Assembly: GCA_010909165.1 (NCBI GenBank) | Contig: MU008204.1 | Coordinates: forward strand, 141,810-205,809 | DNA from: Anthoceros angustus | Taxonomy: Eukaryota > Plantae > Anthocerotophyta | Reading direction: 5' to 3' | DNA: 64,000 nucleotides | Shown here: piece after piece, positions 12,501 to 26,478 of the stretch | Numbering within the stretch: the stretch's first letter is position 1 | How the letters are laid out: each line of letters opens with the position of its first letter | The notes under the pieces: model-generated | What the model was told of the DNA's origin: nothing | Databases searched by the model: none | Seen by the model: the letters and a program-made list of their open reading frames with translations, nothing else | Program-made: the position numbers and the translations under genes

Positions 12501-15500
12501 CCTTTTTGGGCCTTCAACCTTCCTCCGCTCCTGCCAGCCATTCTTCCGGAGATCAATGACATCCTTCAACATAAACCTAAGACGAGAAGAAAGTTTCATG
12601 TTGTTCGATAAGGTCTCCATCCTCTGAAAGTAGGCATCTATATGCTCCCTCGCCTTCTGATGATCTATAATTCGTCCAATAGTGCTCATGAGGTTGCACA
12701 ATGCCTCCACATCTTCCTCATCAGGATTCTGGTAACCTCCTAGAAGTTTGAAAATGCATTCATGCATAATCCTTTCAGTGAGCATGCTCTTCTTGTATAG
12801 CTCACCAATAAACCTAATGTTCCCAAGCATCCGCCTTCGGGCTTTCAGGCGTCTCTCCTCCCTTTCCTCTTTGCTCAACTGAACCTCCCCTTCTTCTTCA
12901 ACAATTTCTGCCTCTTTTTCTTCTTGCTCACCCCTTTCAAACTCCTCCTGACATTTATTCAAAAGTACTCTCTTGAAAGTAATTTTTTCGGTCTCCTCAG
13001 TAAACTCTGGGAGCTCTACTGCAAGGGTAACACAGAATTTGGCATACATCTCACAAAACGTTGGCTCCATCAATGCCTTGTCAAAGATCTGTGAGATGAC
13101 ACCAGTGAGTGTGCTAGCAGAATCAATGTTCACATCCTTCACCTGTGCAAATAACTTGTCAAAATTCTGAGGGGTAAGCTTATTCAGGATTCCCTTTATT
13201 TGCCTCTGTTTGGCTTGCTCCTCATCTGAAACCTTTCCAACTTCATATGGGTTATCCGAGTGGTGAATTTTAGGGAGAGGAGTCCTTGGTGACGGCATCA
13301 ACCCTTTGCCGGCGGTTGGAGCTCGCTGCCATCTGTCAGCATCCACTCCGTTCGGCCTCACGCCACCCCCTACCATCATCTGAGAGAGCAAAGGACCACC
13401 TCCACCACCTGATATCAACCCCATCATGGTACCTTGTGCCATACCAGGTCTGATACCCAGTGGTAACCTGGCAATTAATCCAGCATTGCTCACCCCCTGT
13501 CCAGGCCAAAACCCGCCACCCTGCATTCCTCCATCAAGGTGACCACGACCTGCAGCAGGACCAGACTGCTTGCCCCAGCGATCCTCATCTGTGGTTGACC
13601 CCATGCTTGGTCTACGCTCAAGACGGGGCCCCGAACTCAGCTGCCTTTCTAGACCTCGTCCAGGGCTGGGCAGGGCCTCCCTGTCCACAAGCCCAGCTCC
13701 AATTCCTTGAGGGTTCAAAAGCAGCTCCACGATATCTGGCTTGATCTCAAAGTGAGGGGGAAGGTCCCTATGCAACTCCTTAAAAGTAAGGAGAAAGTCG
13801 CGGGTGTATTTGATAGTTCCCCCACTTTCATCCAAACTCGTGTTTGTTACAGGTGGCACAGATGCAGTAGATCTGGGAGTGGCTAACTCAGCAGCATCCT
13901 CCCAGTCATCCAAATCCTTTGGAACTGGTTTCTTCAGAGCTGGTGCATCTTTCCTGGTGTCCGCACTCAGCCCAGCGCCTGCATCTGTCCGTTTCACTTC
14001 ATCTGCCTTCTTCTCTTCAGTGGCCTTGTATGCAGTGAACAAGTCAGCCGTTGTTCCAGCAGCATCTGCCTTTGCTAGCAGTTCTTTCATCTTCTTTTTC
14101 GTCTTTTTGCTCCCTGGCTTCTGTTCAGACACTGTAGGCAACAAAGCTACTTCCTGGCCGCCAACGGTGCTTGCAGGATCTGGTCCTGAGCCTGAACCCG
14201 AGTGAGGAGGTGAGACCTGATGTCCTGACAGTCTGGTTGTATGACTATGACTGTTCGAGGCTCTCTGTGTACCTCTTGCCTCATGCTCCCCTGACGGGGC
14301 AACATTGATGTCTCTCGCAACCTTCTTCTCACCTTGATTGCGACTTGTTGTGCTTCGGGAGAGAGTTTTCCCATGATGACCAGTTGGCCCATTGTAAATA
14401 CTGCCATCCTCAATATCCCTCTTTGAGGCATCACCCATTGTGGCTCCTTCATCCAAAGAGACTCCTAAACTTGATCCATCCGGCTTCACCCCTAGGCTCA
14501 GGACACCATGAGTATCAGCCTCGACCTTCTTTGCACCTCTCTCTCCTGTCTCACTAGAAACAGAGATAGCACTATCAGGCTGAGATGGACTTTCACACAG
14601 CAAAGCAGGACCAACGCTGTCCACAACACTCCTGCGCTCCAACTCTGGAGCAGCCACAGTGTCTCCGGGTGCCTCAACTGAGGGATCCTCAACAGCACTT
14701 GGACAAGCTTCTACCTGGATTTGAGCAGCTGTCACATCCGTCCCCGGCACGTCCACCGCACTCACCTTCAACCGTCCAGATGTGGCAACAACTGAGTCTT
14801 CGACGTTGGGAATACTGGCAGTCAGCTGATCATGAGGTAGTTGTGATACGGACTTGACACGCATGTTTAACAAATTGTCCTGTGGACCAGAGAAAACAGA
14901 GCTTGGCCTCTCAGGTATCAGTGAAGCATCTTGTGATGACTCATCCAGTGGCGATGTATCCAACAATTCATCGGTCGATAGCTTGGTGCTTTTATCAACT
15001 CCACTTGAAACTGCTCTCGGAAGTGAGGCTTCGGGAATCTTAGTGAGCACAGCATCTGAGATAGCAGATGCACTTGGTTCAACTTGGAGGGCTGAGACAG
15101 AAGTCAAACTTGGTGACGTGCTTCCCTCAGCACTGTCCAAAGCTGGGGTGACAGAGTGAACTGCTGCCCCATTCCCCACAAATTCTTCCTGTGACTTCTC
15201 AATAGATACCTCAACACTACTGTCCATCTCCAAAGCTTGTGTGTTGCCATTTGCAAGCACCAGAACCGCCTGCTCACCGGGAAGTGGAAGCTTAGGGTTG
15301 TCAACAGCACTGCTCTCCACCTGCTTTTGTAATTCAACAGACAGAATGTCATGCAGTTGCGCCAAGACACCCTCTTTGGGAGTTGGAGGAAATGTTGCAC
15401 TGACTTTTGCCCACCCTCCACTAACTGGCAACAAATCAGCACTATCCACAGCAATCACGTCCTTTGCCAGTGTTGGCAAGGGCTGCTTCTCGGCCTGTTC

Positions 15501-18500
15501 AACTTTGCCCAAAGCCTTCTGCTGCTCCGGCACCTCTACTACAGATGGCTGTGCCGGAACATCTGCCAAACGAGCAGCTTCAGTATCAGCTGGTGGAGTC
15601 ATAGCAGCAGCTTTGGGAGGAACCCTCTCGGCCTCCACTGATAATCTAGACTGTTGTGTGCTTCGACTCTTGCCAGAGTGGGAACTATTTGTCTTTTCAA
15701 GTCCTGGCCTTGTCCCTGATGAAATTGATGACGCTGCAGGCTTATCTCCAGGTGCAGATTCCACATTCAAACTCCCTGATAACTCTGATGCCAGCTCTGG
15801 CCTCAGGTCAGAACTGGCCCCTACCATTGTTCTCGTGGATGCCTGGGGGTTTGCTTGGAGTTGCTGCTGCTGAATCAGCCGCTGCTGCCGCTGTTCTTTC
15901 TTTGTAAACTTCCTTGTATTTTCCTTGGGAGTGCTCAGGCCTGGGGTCTTAGGTGTTTCTGCCCTCGCCTTCTCTCCCTGACTGAAAGGGCCCACAGATG
16001 TAGATGGACTATCCGCTTTGGGGCTTGGCACAGTTATTGAGACCTGCTTCGCTGCCCCTGCTGATCTTCCTCCCGATCCACCTCTGCCACCAGTGGCTGG
16101 TCTCCAGAATGGTTCTCCCGAAGTAACAGGGGCCTCATCTGGAACACTATTTTCCCTTTCAGCACTCAAGGCTACAACCTGTGTAGAAGCAATTGAGTGC
16201 CCAACAGATTGTTCAGGAGCCAAGCTTGGGACTACAGGAGAGTTAGCACTTTCAATATCCCCAAATTGAAAAGCAACCACAGGACTAGAACAAGGAGTTG
16301 TTGCTGACGAGTCAGGAATGGTCACCATAATCTGTGGCTTGCTGGTGAAAGGTGCAGACGGTTCCACAACTGCTGGTGGAGGCTGAGTTGCATCTGGTGG
16401 GGTGATCTTGACCCCCGCAGTATGAGGTAGAGGTGGCTGGCCTGCAATGGGGGCGGGAACTATCACAACTGGGGTGGGGGCTTGGCTTATGAGTACCTCA
16501 GTTGCAGGAGCAGGCCCAGCAAGACCTAAACTCATACCACCGTGGCCAACCTGGGAGACAGGTTGCAGGGGTGAGGATGGTGGGTGACCAACATAAGGAC
16601 CTCCTTGGCCAGAGCCAGGATACCCAAACCTTCCAGTGGGGGAGCTGATTTGAGGCGGAGGAGGAGGGACCCCTGCCTTTGATCCGACAGGAGGATAATA
16701 CTGTTGATGAGGAGTATGGCCATAAGCACCATAGTAATTGTAGGCAATTCCTGGAGGTTGCATCCGCCCACCTGGGTAAGGCAGCGAAGGCCCCGTGGGC
16801 CTTGACAGCCCATTAGCAGAAACAACACGCCCCGGCAGACCTGGGGAAGGGGGGCCTGACGTTGGGCTGTTCAAGTACTCCCCCTTTTTCCCTTTGGCAT
16901 CGAACCGTAGCTCTTCATGAGTTTCCGGATGTACTATCTTCACAGCCCTACTGGCCCTTTGCTGCATGAATTGGACCTGCGCATAATGATTCCCCGCAAT
17001 ACCTGGAGGAAGTTGACCACCCAACGGCATCTGACCTAGTGGATGAACTAGCTGGGACTGCAACTGCTGCGGAGACAGTGGACCACCAAGGGCGTTCGTC
17101 ATCTGAGATGGAATCAGTTGACCGGTCAAAATGTTCGAGTGAGGGTATTTCATCTGGCCCATATTCTGCTGCACTAAACCCTTCTGTGCCATGCCACCCT
17201 GGGGAGAAAAGAGCTGAGTAGGATGACCCCCCTGAGAGACCTGTACTGTAGGCAGCTGACCTTGCATGTGCATTACAGGCTGTCCTTCTGGTGGTGAGAG
17301 CTGTGTCATTCGCTGCACAGGAGGCTGTGGGGGAAGGTGATTCTGTCCCTGTGAGTACTGAAGCTGCTGGGGCTCAACCATTCCCAGATTCAAAGACTGT
17401 TGGGGAGGCGGCTGCTGCAATATAAAAGAGTTGGGCAGCTGCCCAGAATGAGGTTGCAGACTCTGCTCGCTTGATGGCTCCACAGATCTGGCTGCATTGT
17501 ACGAAATAGGCTGTTCCAAGCAGAAAACCGACATCATTCCTGTTGCAGAAATCTACAACTTCTACATAATCCTATAGCTAGACAAAAGCCTGCAAATACC
17601 TGCGCCTGCTGCTGCCCTAATGAAACCGGAGGAAGCTTATTTGCCTGCACAGTCCTGGCAGACTCGAACCTAGCCTGCGCAATGAGAAGTCAGAACATCA
17701 AGCTCTTGACCCCGTAAACATAGGATTAGCCTTCGACACAAGGGGGTCAACACTAACCTGGTCCCATTTTTGTTCATCCAGATTCGGAGGAGCTGAATGA
17801 GTACGAGGAGGAATCTGTGATTTGCTTGTCGTTAGAACATGATTCGCCGACCAACCTAAGAACATCTGCAATACTTTCAAATAAGCGTGAAACAACGTAC
17901 CTGCATGCAACCAGGACTAATGCTGCCGAATTGAAAAGCAAACGGCGGTTGCAATCCTGCTCGAGTCAGATCAGGAGAGGCAGCTGAAACAATGGGAAAT
18001 ACATGAGAGCCAAGTCCCGTCATCGCACACTCAGGACAAGGTCCAGCTCAAGGGAAGACGACGGGACCAAAGTGACAAACCACTAGAGCTTAGGGCATAC
18101 CAGGCATAGGAGCAGGTGATGCCGGCGGTTCCGCAGCCACGGGACTTGAAGGCACAGCGACCTTGAGACCTGCTTTGGACGGTACACTTGGCGCCTCATT
18201 GGGACGCGGCTCAACAGCAGGAAGCGCACCTAGCTGTCCAACCAATGCGAGCTTAGGATGAGTCTGCAAACCTGAACTCAAATGGGGCGGCTGGTTCGCA
18301 CTCGGGGACGCCACTCGTTGCCTGCCCACTGCATCTGCAGACCAGAGACCCAGCTGGCATCAGAAACAAGCCGGCTCGCTTGCGCTACAGAGCCCAATTA
18401 CGCCCTAGAATAGTGTAATCACCTTGCTGCTGTTGCCCCTGCTGATGATCCTGCTCCTGAGGCGGCCTCTGCTCTTGCTGCGGGTGTGGCTGCTGTTGTG

Positions 18501-19233
18501 TTGCTGGCTGAGCCTGCGGAGGCACAGTCCCCTGCGGCTGCGGCTGCGGCTGCTGATAGGGAAACGCCGGTGGGACAACCTTGTAATAGTTCCCTCCGTG
18601 GTCATACCCTCCACCCCCGGAGTGCCCTTTCGTCGATCCAGCTGGTCCATTTGACCTTTTCCCCCTGCCAGCACGAGGCACGTGAGCACAATTACGGCAC
18701 AATTCGAGCCAAGGCCACGGAGCTAGAGCTGAAACAGAAGTGACAAAGGGCATAGGAAGACAAGAACCCCATAGCAAGCAGAAGGCTCCACTTTCAGCGA
18801 CTGAGACAAGCACTAGAACCTGCTCCTCCCAACAACCTAAATCACAAAATTCACACCAGCCACCCCACACCGCAGGCACACACAAAACGCCACCCAAATT
18901 ACGGATCTTGCCGCTCCTCACACACATATGCAAGCTACGCTACGCTGAGCCTCCAACCCTAATCCGCAAGCAGGGCGTGAAAAGGAAACACGTATTCTAC
19001 CCTCGATTGCCTGGTCCAGGCCCCGACCCAGCACGGGGGGAAGGCACGGGGGAGAAGGTCTGCGGGGAGACTTGGAGCGGTGGGGCGCTGCCTGAAGGGC
19101 CGGGCCCCCCTGCGCCGCCACCCTTGCCAGGTGCAGCTTGCCCCCCTGCTCTCTGGTACCCAGACCCCGCTGCTCTTCCACTTTTCTTCAGCTGTGCCTC
19201 ATTCCGATCTGCCTTGGATTGATAATGGGACAT
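9536..19233 (-). CDS. eIF4G: Translation initiation factor eIF4G (multi-exon) with MIF4G, MA3 and a C-terminal W2 domain
   Basis: N-terminus MSHYQSKADRNEAQLKKSGR; conserved RASRAVKIVHPETHEELRFD; eIF4E-binding YTRDFLL; MIF4G AKQRQIKGILNKLTPQNFDKL...FDKALMEPTFCEMYAKFC; MA3 exons 11612-10942. Further GT-AG exons (10823-10746, about 10640-10540, about 10380-10290, about 10205-10117, 10003-9935, 9604-9536) encode W2, ending AIREVGKWLSWLVTAEEEESED*. Confidence 0.95.
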
Positions 19234-21789
19234 ATATATCGCGATAGGTTGCCACGCTTGCGTGCTGCAGAAGTGGCACCGGATCCGCAGAGATCCGCGG
19301 GGCGCGCTGCTCTCACACCCGCATCAGTCGCAATACAAGCAAGACGGCCTACTTCCCTGCTGCGCGTGGGCGAGAGGAATTGGGGGCCGTCAGGGCGGGG
19401 AGGGCCTCGGCGCAGGGGGGGAAAGCGGGAGCGGGGCGCAAAGAAGCGGGAGGAAGCGGGCGAGCGAGGGGAGCGGAAGGGGGTCGTGAGACGTAACGAG
19501 ACGAGGCGGACGAGAGGGGAGGAGGAGGAGGGGGAAGAGGCGGGTGGAGGGGAGGAGGGAGAGGCGAGGCGTGGGAGGAGGAGGTGGAGAGAGCGGGCTT
19601 TCAAGGTGGCCCGCCGGCTGTTGCTAGGGTAGCCAAGATCATGGCCGAGGTCGCTGAGGGGAGGAAGAGGAAGATCGCAGGCAGACGGGCTGGCTTCTAC
19701 ACGCACACACACAGACACGAGTCTAATAAAGAGAGACGGGCGCCAGAGCCTCTATGAAGCAAAACGCATGTGCACGCTTATACTGCTACTTTAGCGAAGA
19801 CACGGCACTAGCCTTGGGCAAAATCTGAGAATCGAGATGACAAGCATTCATGGACTATCAGTCCCAAAAGCACACACCAGTTCGCTCCACTGCCACCTTT
19901 ACGGCTCCTCCCTGATATTGGCATTTCCACCCACCACTCTCATCAATTTTCTTTTCTTTTAAAACCAACTCACGCCGTACATATTTAGACCAACTTATGA
20001 TATCGTAATACGTTCGGTAGATCATTCTATAGATTTCACCATCATAGAGGAGTCTGGTGGTATGACACTCAATCCGAACTTGAGATCTATATTATCTATC
20101 AAGTTTTTTATTAATCTTTATATATCTCCATAGCTTCTCATTTATATTTGAAAATATTCTTGTGTATTATTTGCGGTATCTTTTTGTATTATTCAAGTTA
20201 AGACAATGGGTTCCAAGACCGTCTCCCTTATTTTATTGGTAATATTGAACGGGTACTTAATTTTGGTCGCATTGCGCAATGCATCTGATGCCAAGTCTTC
20301 ATATAGTATACATAACATGGTTTCAAGACAAGAGATTTCAAGTATATATATTAGTAGTACAACTTTGTTATTTGCTTGAAGAGTACTAATGATTCTTTTT
20401 TTTAATCTGTTTGCCACCACCCAGTTTAAACTATCTCACATTGCTTGTGGATCTTATCTCTAACGGAAACAACTATTCCACCTACTCATACATCACATCC
20501 CCCATCGGCATCTTTAACGCCTCCGACTTCACCAGGTTTGTAGATTTTAAAGTGCGAGGTTTACGTACCATGTTTGTTTCGAGTATCTTTGGTTCTTTTG
20601 CACATCCTCATCGCCGACTCCTCCTTGGTAGCTGATGCCTCCCTATCCCATAATTTGCGCTTACCACTTACGTCTCATCTCGCTTGAGCCACAAGACTAG
20701 CTCACAACCTAAACTTTGAACATTGCAAACACACAGTGTTTACTTTAGATACGACCAAGGACTCGTAAACACACATGTACCACTGCGGTTACATAGGACT
20801 TAGACGCTCCTTTAGCTTAGCCATATATATGGTACGGTATTCCAACAGTTTTAGGACTAGCTGGGTGAGGAGTAACGGGCAACACACCACACGCAAGGAC
20901 GGCATAAGTACCTGAAGACTAGGGTAAATAACAAAAAGATCACATAGCGGGGCTTTGCTCCTTATCGTTTAGTGTTTGCCTCCCGAATTTCTATGCTCTT
21001 AGTCTTTTCTCATTCTCCATCAACACACCAAAGTCGCGCCTCTTTCGAGTCCACTAAGGCCAGAGGCTTACATTCCTTCAGCAATCATAGATTTTCAAAC
21101 ATTTGTGGGATTTCACACCGGCACTCCATAGACAAATCTTCCATCATTTTTAGAAACTACTCGCGCAATTGTCTTGAAATTTGTTGTTTCCGCCGAAGAG
21201 TGCAAGACTCAATGCCCAATCCTGTTGATACGGCACGCTGCATAGCCCGTCAAACAACAACTCTCCCTTTTCTTTAGATGGTCTCAAAGGATGGCCAAAA
21301 TTATTCATCGATGCCTTGGCATTCTTGCGCACTTTCAATGGACGTCTAGGCGCTTCAAGTATCTTGGTTCTCTTGCATGTCATCGCTATCTTCTCCTTGG
21401 CCGGTGATGCCTCCATGTCCCATAATTTGCATTTACTTCCGACGTGGCTCATCTTGCTTCAGTGATAAGACTAGCTTCGAGTTGTCTCGCAACCTAAGCT
21501 TTTAATGTTGCTCGTGGGACGAAAACAATGCAAATAAATTATGCACTTGTCTATCCCCGTGACACCAAACATGTAATTGAACCATTTGTTTATCTCTTGA
21601 AGTCTCTTTTTCATTTTTATAAAATTATTTATTTATCAGGAATATGCACTTATACATATGTACTTAAAATGACTAGCCAGCTTGATGCAATTGGAATGAC
21701 TTCATGCCTCGTAACATTTGGTGATGGTACGTGACTCATTCTTGGACACTTCGGTGGGCTCATGGGTGTCAAAGGGGCATGACACAATA

Positions 21790-22060
21790 GGTGCACTGCG
21801 CGTACATGCTGATGTGCTGGTGTATACGTAGAACCTGTGCCAGCATGAGGATGTCAAGTTCGCCACCCCACTCCACGCTCCTCTTCATCCTTTTGACGTA
21901 GTCCGTGAAGTCTCCTTTGACAATATCTCGTAAATGAGGCTTTGTATTTCCAACTCGGCAAAAGCTCAGTTTGGAAGGGCGTACGCTACACGCCCTTGAC
22001 TCTCTACGCCCAACATCGTTTTCGATCATTGGAAGTTTGAGGCTGCCACAGAGCGAAATA
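21790..22060 (-). pseudogene. OTU-family deubiquitinase domain relic
   Basis: IVKGDFTDYVKRMKRSVEWGGELDILMLAQVLRIHQHISMY matches the OTU D-Y..M....WGGE.E/D...A..L helix and loop. LFRSVAAS in another frame at about 22050 matches the C-LFRSVA catalytic helix, but the catalytic Cys is missing and the frames are broken. Confidence 0.7.
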
Positions 22061-22254
22061 GGCCCTTTTCGACCCATGCAACAGGCATGCTTTTTTACTC
22101 CTCTTGTTTGAGTATCCGTGTTTATTTAGGTGGTACAAAGGGATGGGCAATATTATTCGTCAATCCCTTTGCATGCTTGCGCACTTTCGATTGACATCTA
22201 AGTGCTTGTCATGCCGTGTGATACTAATCTCTGCACGTGGGTTTAGTGTTTGAT

Positions 22255-22525
22255 TAGCATTAATTAATCTAATTACTTATCTTTAAGTAAGCAATTAGTG
22301 TTAATTAATCTAATTACTTATCTTTAAGTAAGCAATTAGTGTTAATTAATCTAAGATGCTTATGTTAATTAAGCATTGATTAGTGTTAATTAATCTAAGG
22401 TGCTTATGTTAATTAAGCATTGATTAGTGTTAATTAATCTAAGGTGCTTATGTTAATTAAGCATTGATTAGTGTTAATTAATCTAAGGTGCTTATGTTAA
22501 TTAAGCATTGATTAGTGTTAATTAA
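22255..22525. repeat. AT-rich minisatellite (41-bp unit x2, then 44-bp unit x4)
   Basis: attagtgttaattaatctaattacttatctttaagtaagca x2; attagtgttaattaatctaag(g/a)tgcttatgttaattaagcattg x4. Confidence 0.95.
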
Positions 22526-22535
22526 ACATGGTTAT

Positions 22536-22670
22536 CAATAGCTAAGTGGATAAGCTCAAGTAATATGCTTGGCATATTCCTTGCATATTATAGTGTATTC
22601 TTAGAATACAATAGCTAAGTGGATAAGCTCAAGTAATATGCTTGGCATATTGCATATTATAGTGTATTCT
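22536..22670. repeat. About 65-70 bp direct duplication
   Basis: caatagctaagtggataagctcaagtaatatgcttggcatatt...gcatattatagtgtattctt occurs twice. Confidence 0.9.
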
Positions 22671-25280
22671 TGGGATATTTACGGCGTATCTTTGATGCCA
22701 ATAGGATATCTTAGGAATATCGTGTGGTCTAGTATATATAGACCCTTCCATTGAGACAAGCTCGGATCATAGCAATCCTCTATATGATGAGTGTTGTGAG
22801 GAGGCCAAAGCTATGACTCCAAAAACGATGTGTGAGGATTTTGCGTGTTGTTCTCGTGGGGAGAGTGTGTTTGTGCCACGACGTGCGAGCTACTCTCTCC
22901 TGTTGTTATTGGTTGCACCTATATATCTGCGTATTCGATTTGTTTGCTTGGTTGTTGGTCGAGGAAGTGATTATATGAATTCAAGTGCTTACCTCGTGCG
23001 ACACGCTTCAAGTATCTTGGTTCTTTTGCCCGTCTTCGTCGCCTCCTCCTTGGCCGGTGATGCTTCCATATCCCATAGTTTGCATTTACTTCAGACGTAC
23101 CTCATCTGGCTCGAGTCACAAGACTAGCTTGGAGCTGTCTGGCAACCTAAGCTTTGAATGTTGCAAACACCACGTGTTTACTTTAGATACGATCGGGGGC
23201 CTATAAATACCTCTAAGCTATAATGAATGCACCGTGGTGTAAGGAAAGAACATGTCCTTGACCTTCGACACACATATTTCCAATACGAGACCAAAAATCC
23301 AAGATAGGAAAATCAAACACCAAATTTGTCTAAAAAAGCAAGCATGCATGCGGTACGGATGCCGACACCGGGGGGTTTGACCGATTTTGTTTGCTCCATT
23401 TAGGGCTGAGCATCGAGAGCCATTGAACAACGGATGCTCGACCATGCAGCAGGTGATTGGCGCCGCCGGCAGAATCCATCCGACAAAAGGTGCAGCGGGG
23501 CATGCGAGACTGGAAATTTACATGCGAAGGGTGGACAAACGGAATTGAGATACATTACAGCACACCGTGCGGGATGTGGTCTAGAGAAATGTATTAATAC
23601 TTGCTGCAAGACGTGGAAAATTTGGGACATCAAGTAGTTTCATATTTTCTATGAATTGATTTAAAAGGGAGCCCTATTCTATGTCTACATTAATAGTAGT
23701 AAGCACAACTCTTGATAAGCTTGTCAAAGTTTTTTCCTAGCGCCCATCAAAAAAATATTATAATTACAAGTATAACAAATATCACCATGATACTCACGCT
23801 AACAACTACATGAAAGAAGGTTCAAGTATGTGCGAATGCTATAGCAACAAGATCTTGATCATTTAATTTTGATCTATATTCATGAGTCAAATTATAATCG
23901 GTATCATTTTCATATGAAAAAGTATCTAGTTTTGCTCCTTTATGAGCGTTTATGTACATATGGCTTTCAATTCATATCCATATGATGGTATCGAGTTTTG
24001 CTGCTCTGGTGGCCTATATATGTATGGCTTTCTATTCATTTCCATAGAACACTTGTGTGCACACTTTGGTTTTCTTATTGCATTGTTGAAGTCACAACTA
24101 TGGGTTCCAAGATCGTGTCTCTTGTTTTTTGATACTTTTGAGCAGCTACTTAATTCTGGCTGACAATGCAGGTGATGATGGATCTCTCTTTGCTATGAAT
24201 TCTTTTATATGTTTTGGGAGCACAAATGTTGTCTTTTAATGTGTTTGCTACCACCCAAATTTACTAACAAATCAACATGGTTGGTGGATCTTATTTCTAG
24301 GTGAAGTGACTACTCCACTTGCGCATGCATCACATCCTACTTCTGCGTCTGTATCGTCAAGTTCAGGTTTGTGGATATTGGAGTTTGCTTGTTTTATATA
24401 GAATTAGACGAATGTGTTCACGTTCAATAAATAGTTGACTCGAAATCTAACAATTTACAATCTCAATGTCTCTGCACATGTACATCCAGTTACGGGGCCT
24501 TCTTCTCCAACCAGCAAGTTTTGCAAGATCCACAATTTTCAAGAACATATTGTGGAAGGACATGGACGAACCAAATAAAATTTGCTGGTGCTATGGCTGC
24601 TTGTGTTTGTTTGCTTGTTGCTAGGAGTAGTTTCTTCATGTGAATATGAAGTGATGATATGCAAGTATGAATATGTATGCAAATGTTTCATATTATATTC
24701 TAAATATGTTACATTTTGAATATCATCATATGTACTTCAATCGATGAGTGATTAAGTGTACGAATATTTTTTTATAAATATGATGATTATCTAATTTGTT
24801 TGACCGACTGGTTCTGTCACATCGGTCATGTCTGTTCTAAATTTTGTTCAATTGGGTTGTAATGTTCTCGCACCAATCGCAACCTTGTTTTCTCATCCAT
24901 AAGAATCCTTTGTCTTTCCCTGTGAGATCAAATAGTCGTTCACTCAATATGTTTCAGCCCTCCACTTTGCTCAATAGTGGTATGCTTCAACCCTCAAGGT
25001 TGTTTAACTTTTCTCGATGTCATGATTCGCGAAACTTCCAACCTGGCAAAGATGTTATCAAGTTTGCTCAACCACCTAATGTGGGCAACTTCCATCCTAG
25101 GCAAAGCTGCCTTTACTCGTCGACATGGGCACCGTGGCCTAGGGTTTTTCAGAATTAGGGCTTCGCAAGTAGGAGGGCTGTCATTTTTTTGGGCACATGC
25201 GTATGTAGCCTACCCGATGCTGCTGAATGTCAAGCAGAAAAAGAACGGATTTCGAAGGAAAATAGGCCCGACGTTCTGGG

Positions 25281-25437
25281 GTTGATGTCTATCCACCAAC
25301 TCTGACCTGGCTATTTCATGCCTTGATTGTTTTGCTCTTCTGACCTGGCTGTTTCATGCCTTGATTGTTTTGCTCTTCGATCCTGCATCTCGTGTGTAAG
25401 TTCGCGCATCTGAGAATAGGTGTAGATATTGGACATG
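25281..25437 (-). pseudogene. PPR E2/PG-box fragment (relic)
   Basis: The minus strand gives MSNIYTYSQMRELTHEMQDRRAK and GMK*PGQSWWIDIN, versus MSNIYTGAEMWEQAEDMQVRRK..KQPGQSWWTDTN in the intact PPR. It has an internal 38-bp duplication, a stop and frameshifts. Confidence 0.75.
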
Positions 25438-25833
25438 CCCAACTTAGAAATTGCAATTTATTGGTCACAACGAGCACAGCTCACAAAACAGTCGCAATCA
25501 GCTGGAAGGTAAGCCATAAGTTGCCCAGCCAGAAAAACCACAAGCAAGCTCTAGGAGGAAAGAAGCAGGTAATTATTCCGTAACATCTTAGACCTCGAGT
25601 CAAAACCCATACAATAAGGCGGACTATTATACACCATGTGAAAAACGGAAATAGTTCAGACAAAAATGATTCCAAAATTTTGGCATTAGACAGAGTACAC
25701 CGCTCTTTGCGAATCCTCGTTCAACACAAATTGACACATGTAGGATGCGCGCCCGCACGACGGGACCTCCCGGAGCTCCTCACAAAATTGCTGTCCAGAC
25801 GCCGTGTGCGCTCCAAACTCCCCGACAACTCGC

Positions 25834-26277
25834 CTAACGGTAGGACTTCTGGAAACGGGCTCGAGCACCACGACCTCCAAACTTCTTAGGTTCGCAGCGT
25901 CGGGGATCAGCCACCAGCAAAGTCCTGTCGTACCGGACGAGGATGTCCTTGATCTCCTGCTTGGACTGCTCGTCCACATACTTTTGGAAGTAGGCCACCA
26001 GGGCCTTCGCGATGCTCTGCCGGATGGCGTAGATCTGCGAGGTGTGCCCTCCGCCTCTCACCCGTATCCTCATATCAACCTCAGCAAAACGCTGGCGGCC
26101 CAGCAATAGGATAGGCTCACAGGCCTTGTACCGCAAAATTTCGGGCTCCACCAGCTCGATCGGGCACCCATTGATCTTAATCAACCCGCGCCCCCGCTTG
26201 CAGTAGGTGACGGCCACAGCTGTTTTCTTCCGCCCGAAGCACTGCACTGACTCCACTGTCGCAGGTGGTGCCGCCAT
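25834..26277 (-). CDS. RPS16: 40S ribosomal protein S16 (uS9), single exon
   Basis: [37 protein letters not shown]...[20 protein letters not shown]...[25 protein letters not shown]; ATG at 26277. Confidence 0.98.
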   Translation of the reverse strand: MAAPPATVESVQCFGRKKTAVAVTYCKRGRGLIKINGCPIELVEPEILRYKACEPILLLGRQRFAEVDMRIRVRGGGHTSQIYAIRQSIAKALVAYFQKYVDEQSKQEIKDILVRYDRTLLVADPRRCEPKKFGGRGARARFQKSYR

Positions 26278-26478
26278 GGCTACGTTGGAGCCCGATAGTG
26301 CACCAAGGGCCTGAGCATCTGCACGCAAATGACTCTCTCGTCTAGGGCAGACAAACCCAAAACCCTTTCTGGTTCGGGGAAGCTAGTGTATGTACGTACA
26401 TATATAGACCGTAATATATATTCCGCGGCGGACTCTAATATATATATTCCGCGGAGATGACCACGATGGCTGTTCTGC

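Larger units (their letters stand above)
20130..24400. mobile_element. Degenerate transposon-derived tract with dispersed duplicated blocks
   Basis: An approximately 200-bp block (caagtatcttggttc...ccttggccggtgatgc...caagactagct...aacctaagcttt) recurs at about 20580, 21355 and 23005. An approximately 400-bp block recurs at about 20130-20560 and 24030-24380. The tract is AT-rich, has stop-riddled coding-like frames on the minus strand, and contains an OTU relic and minisatellites. Superfamily not determined. Confidence 0.55.

Noticed and set aside
19601-19642. 13-codon uORF upstream of eIF4G
   Set aside because: TSS and 5'UTR introns are unknown, so it may not be in the mature leader; no conservation evidence is available.
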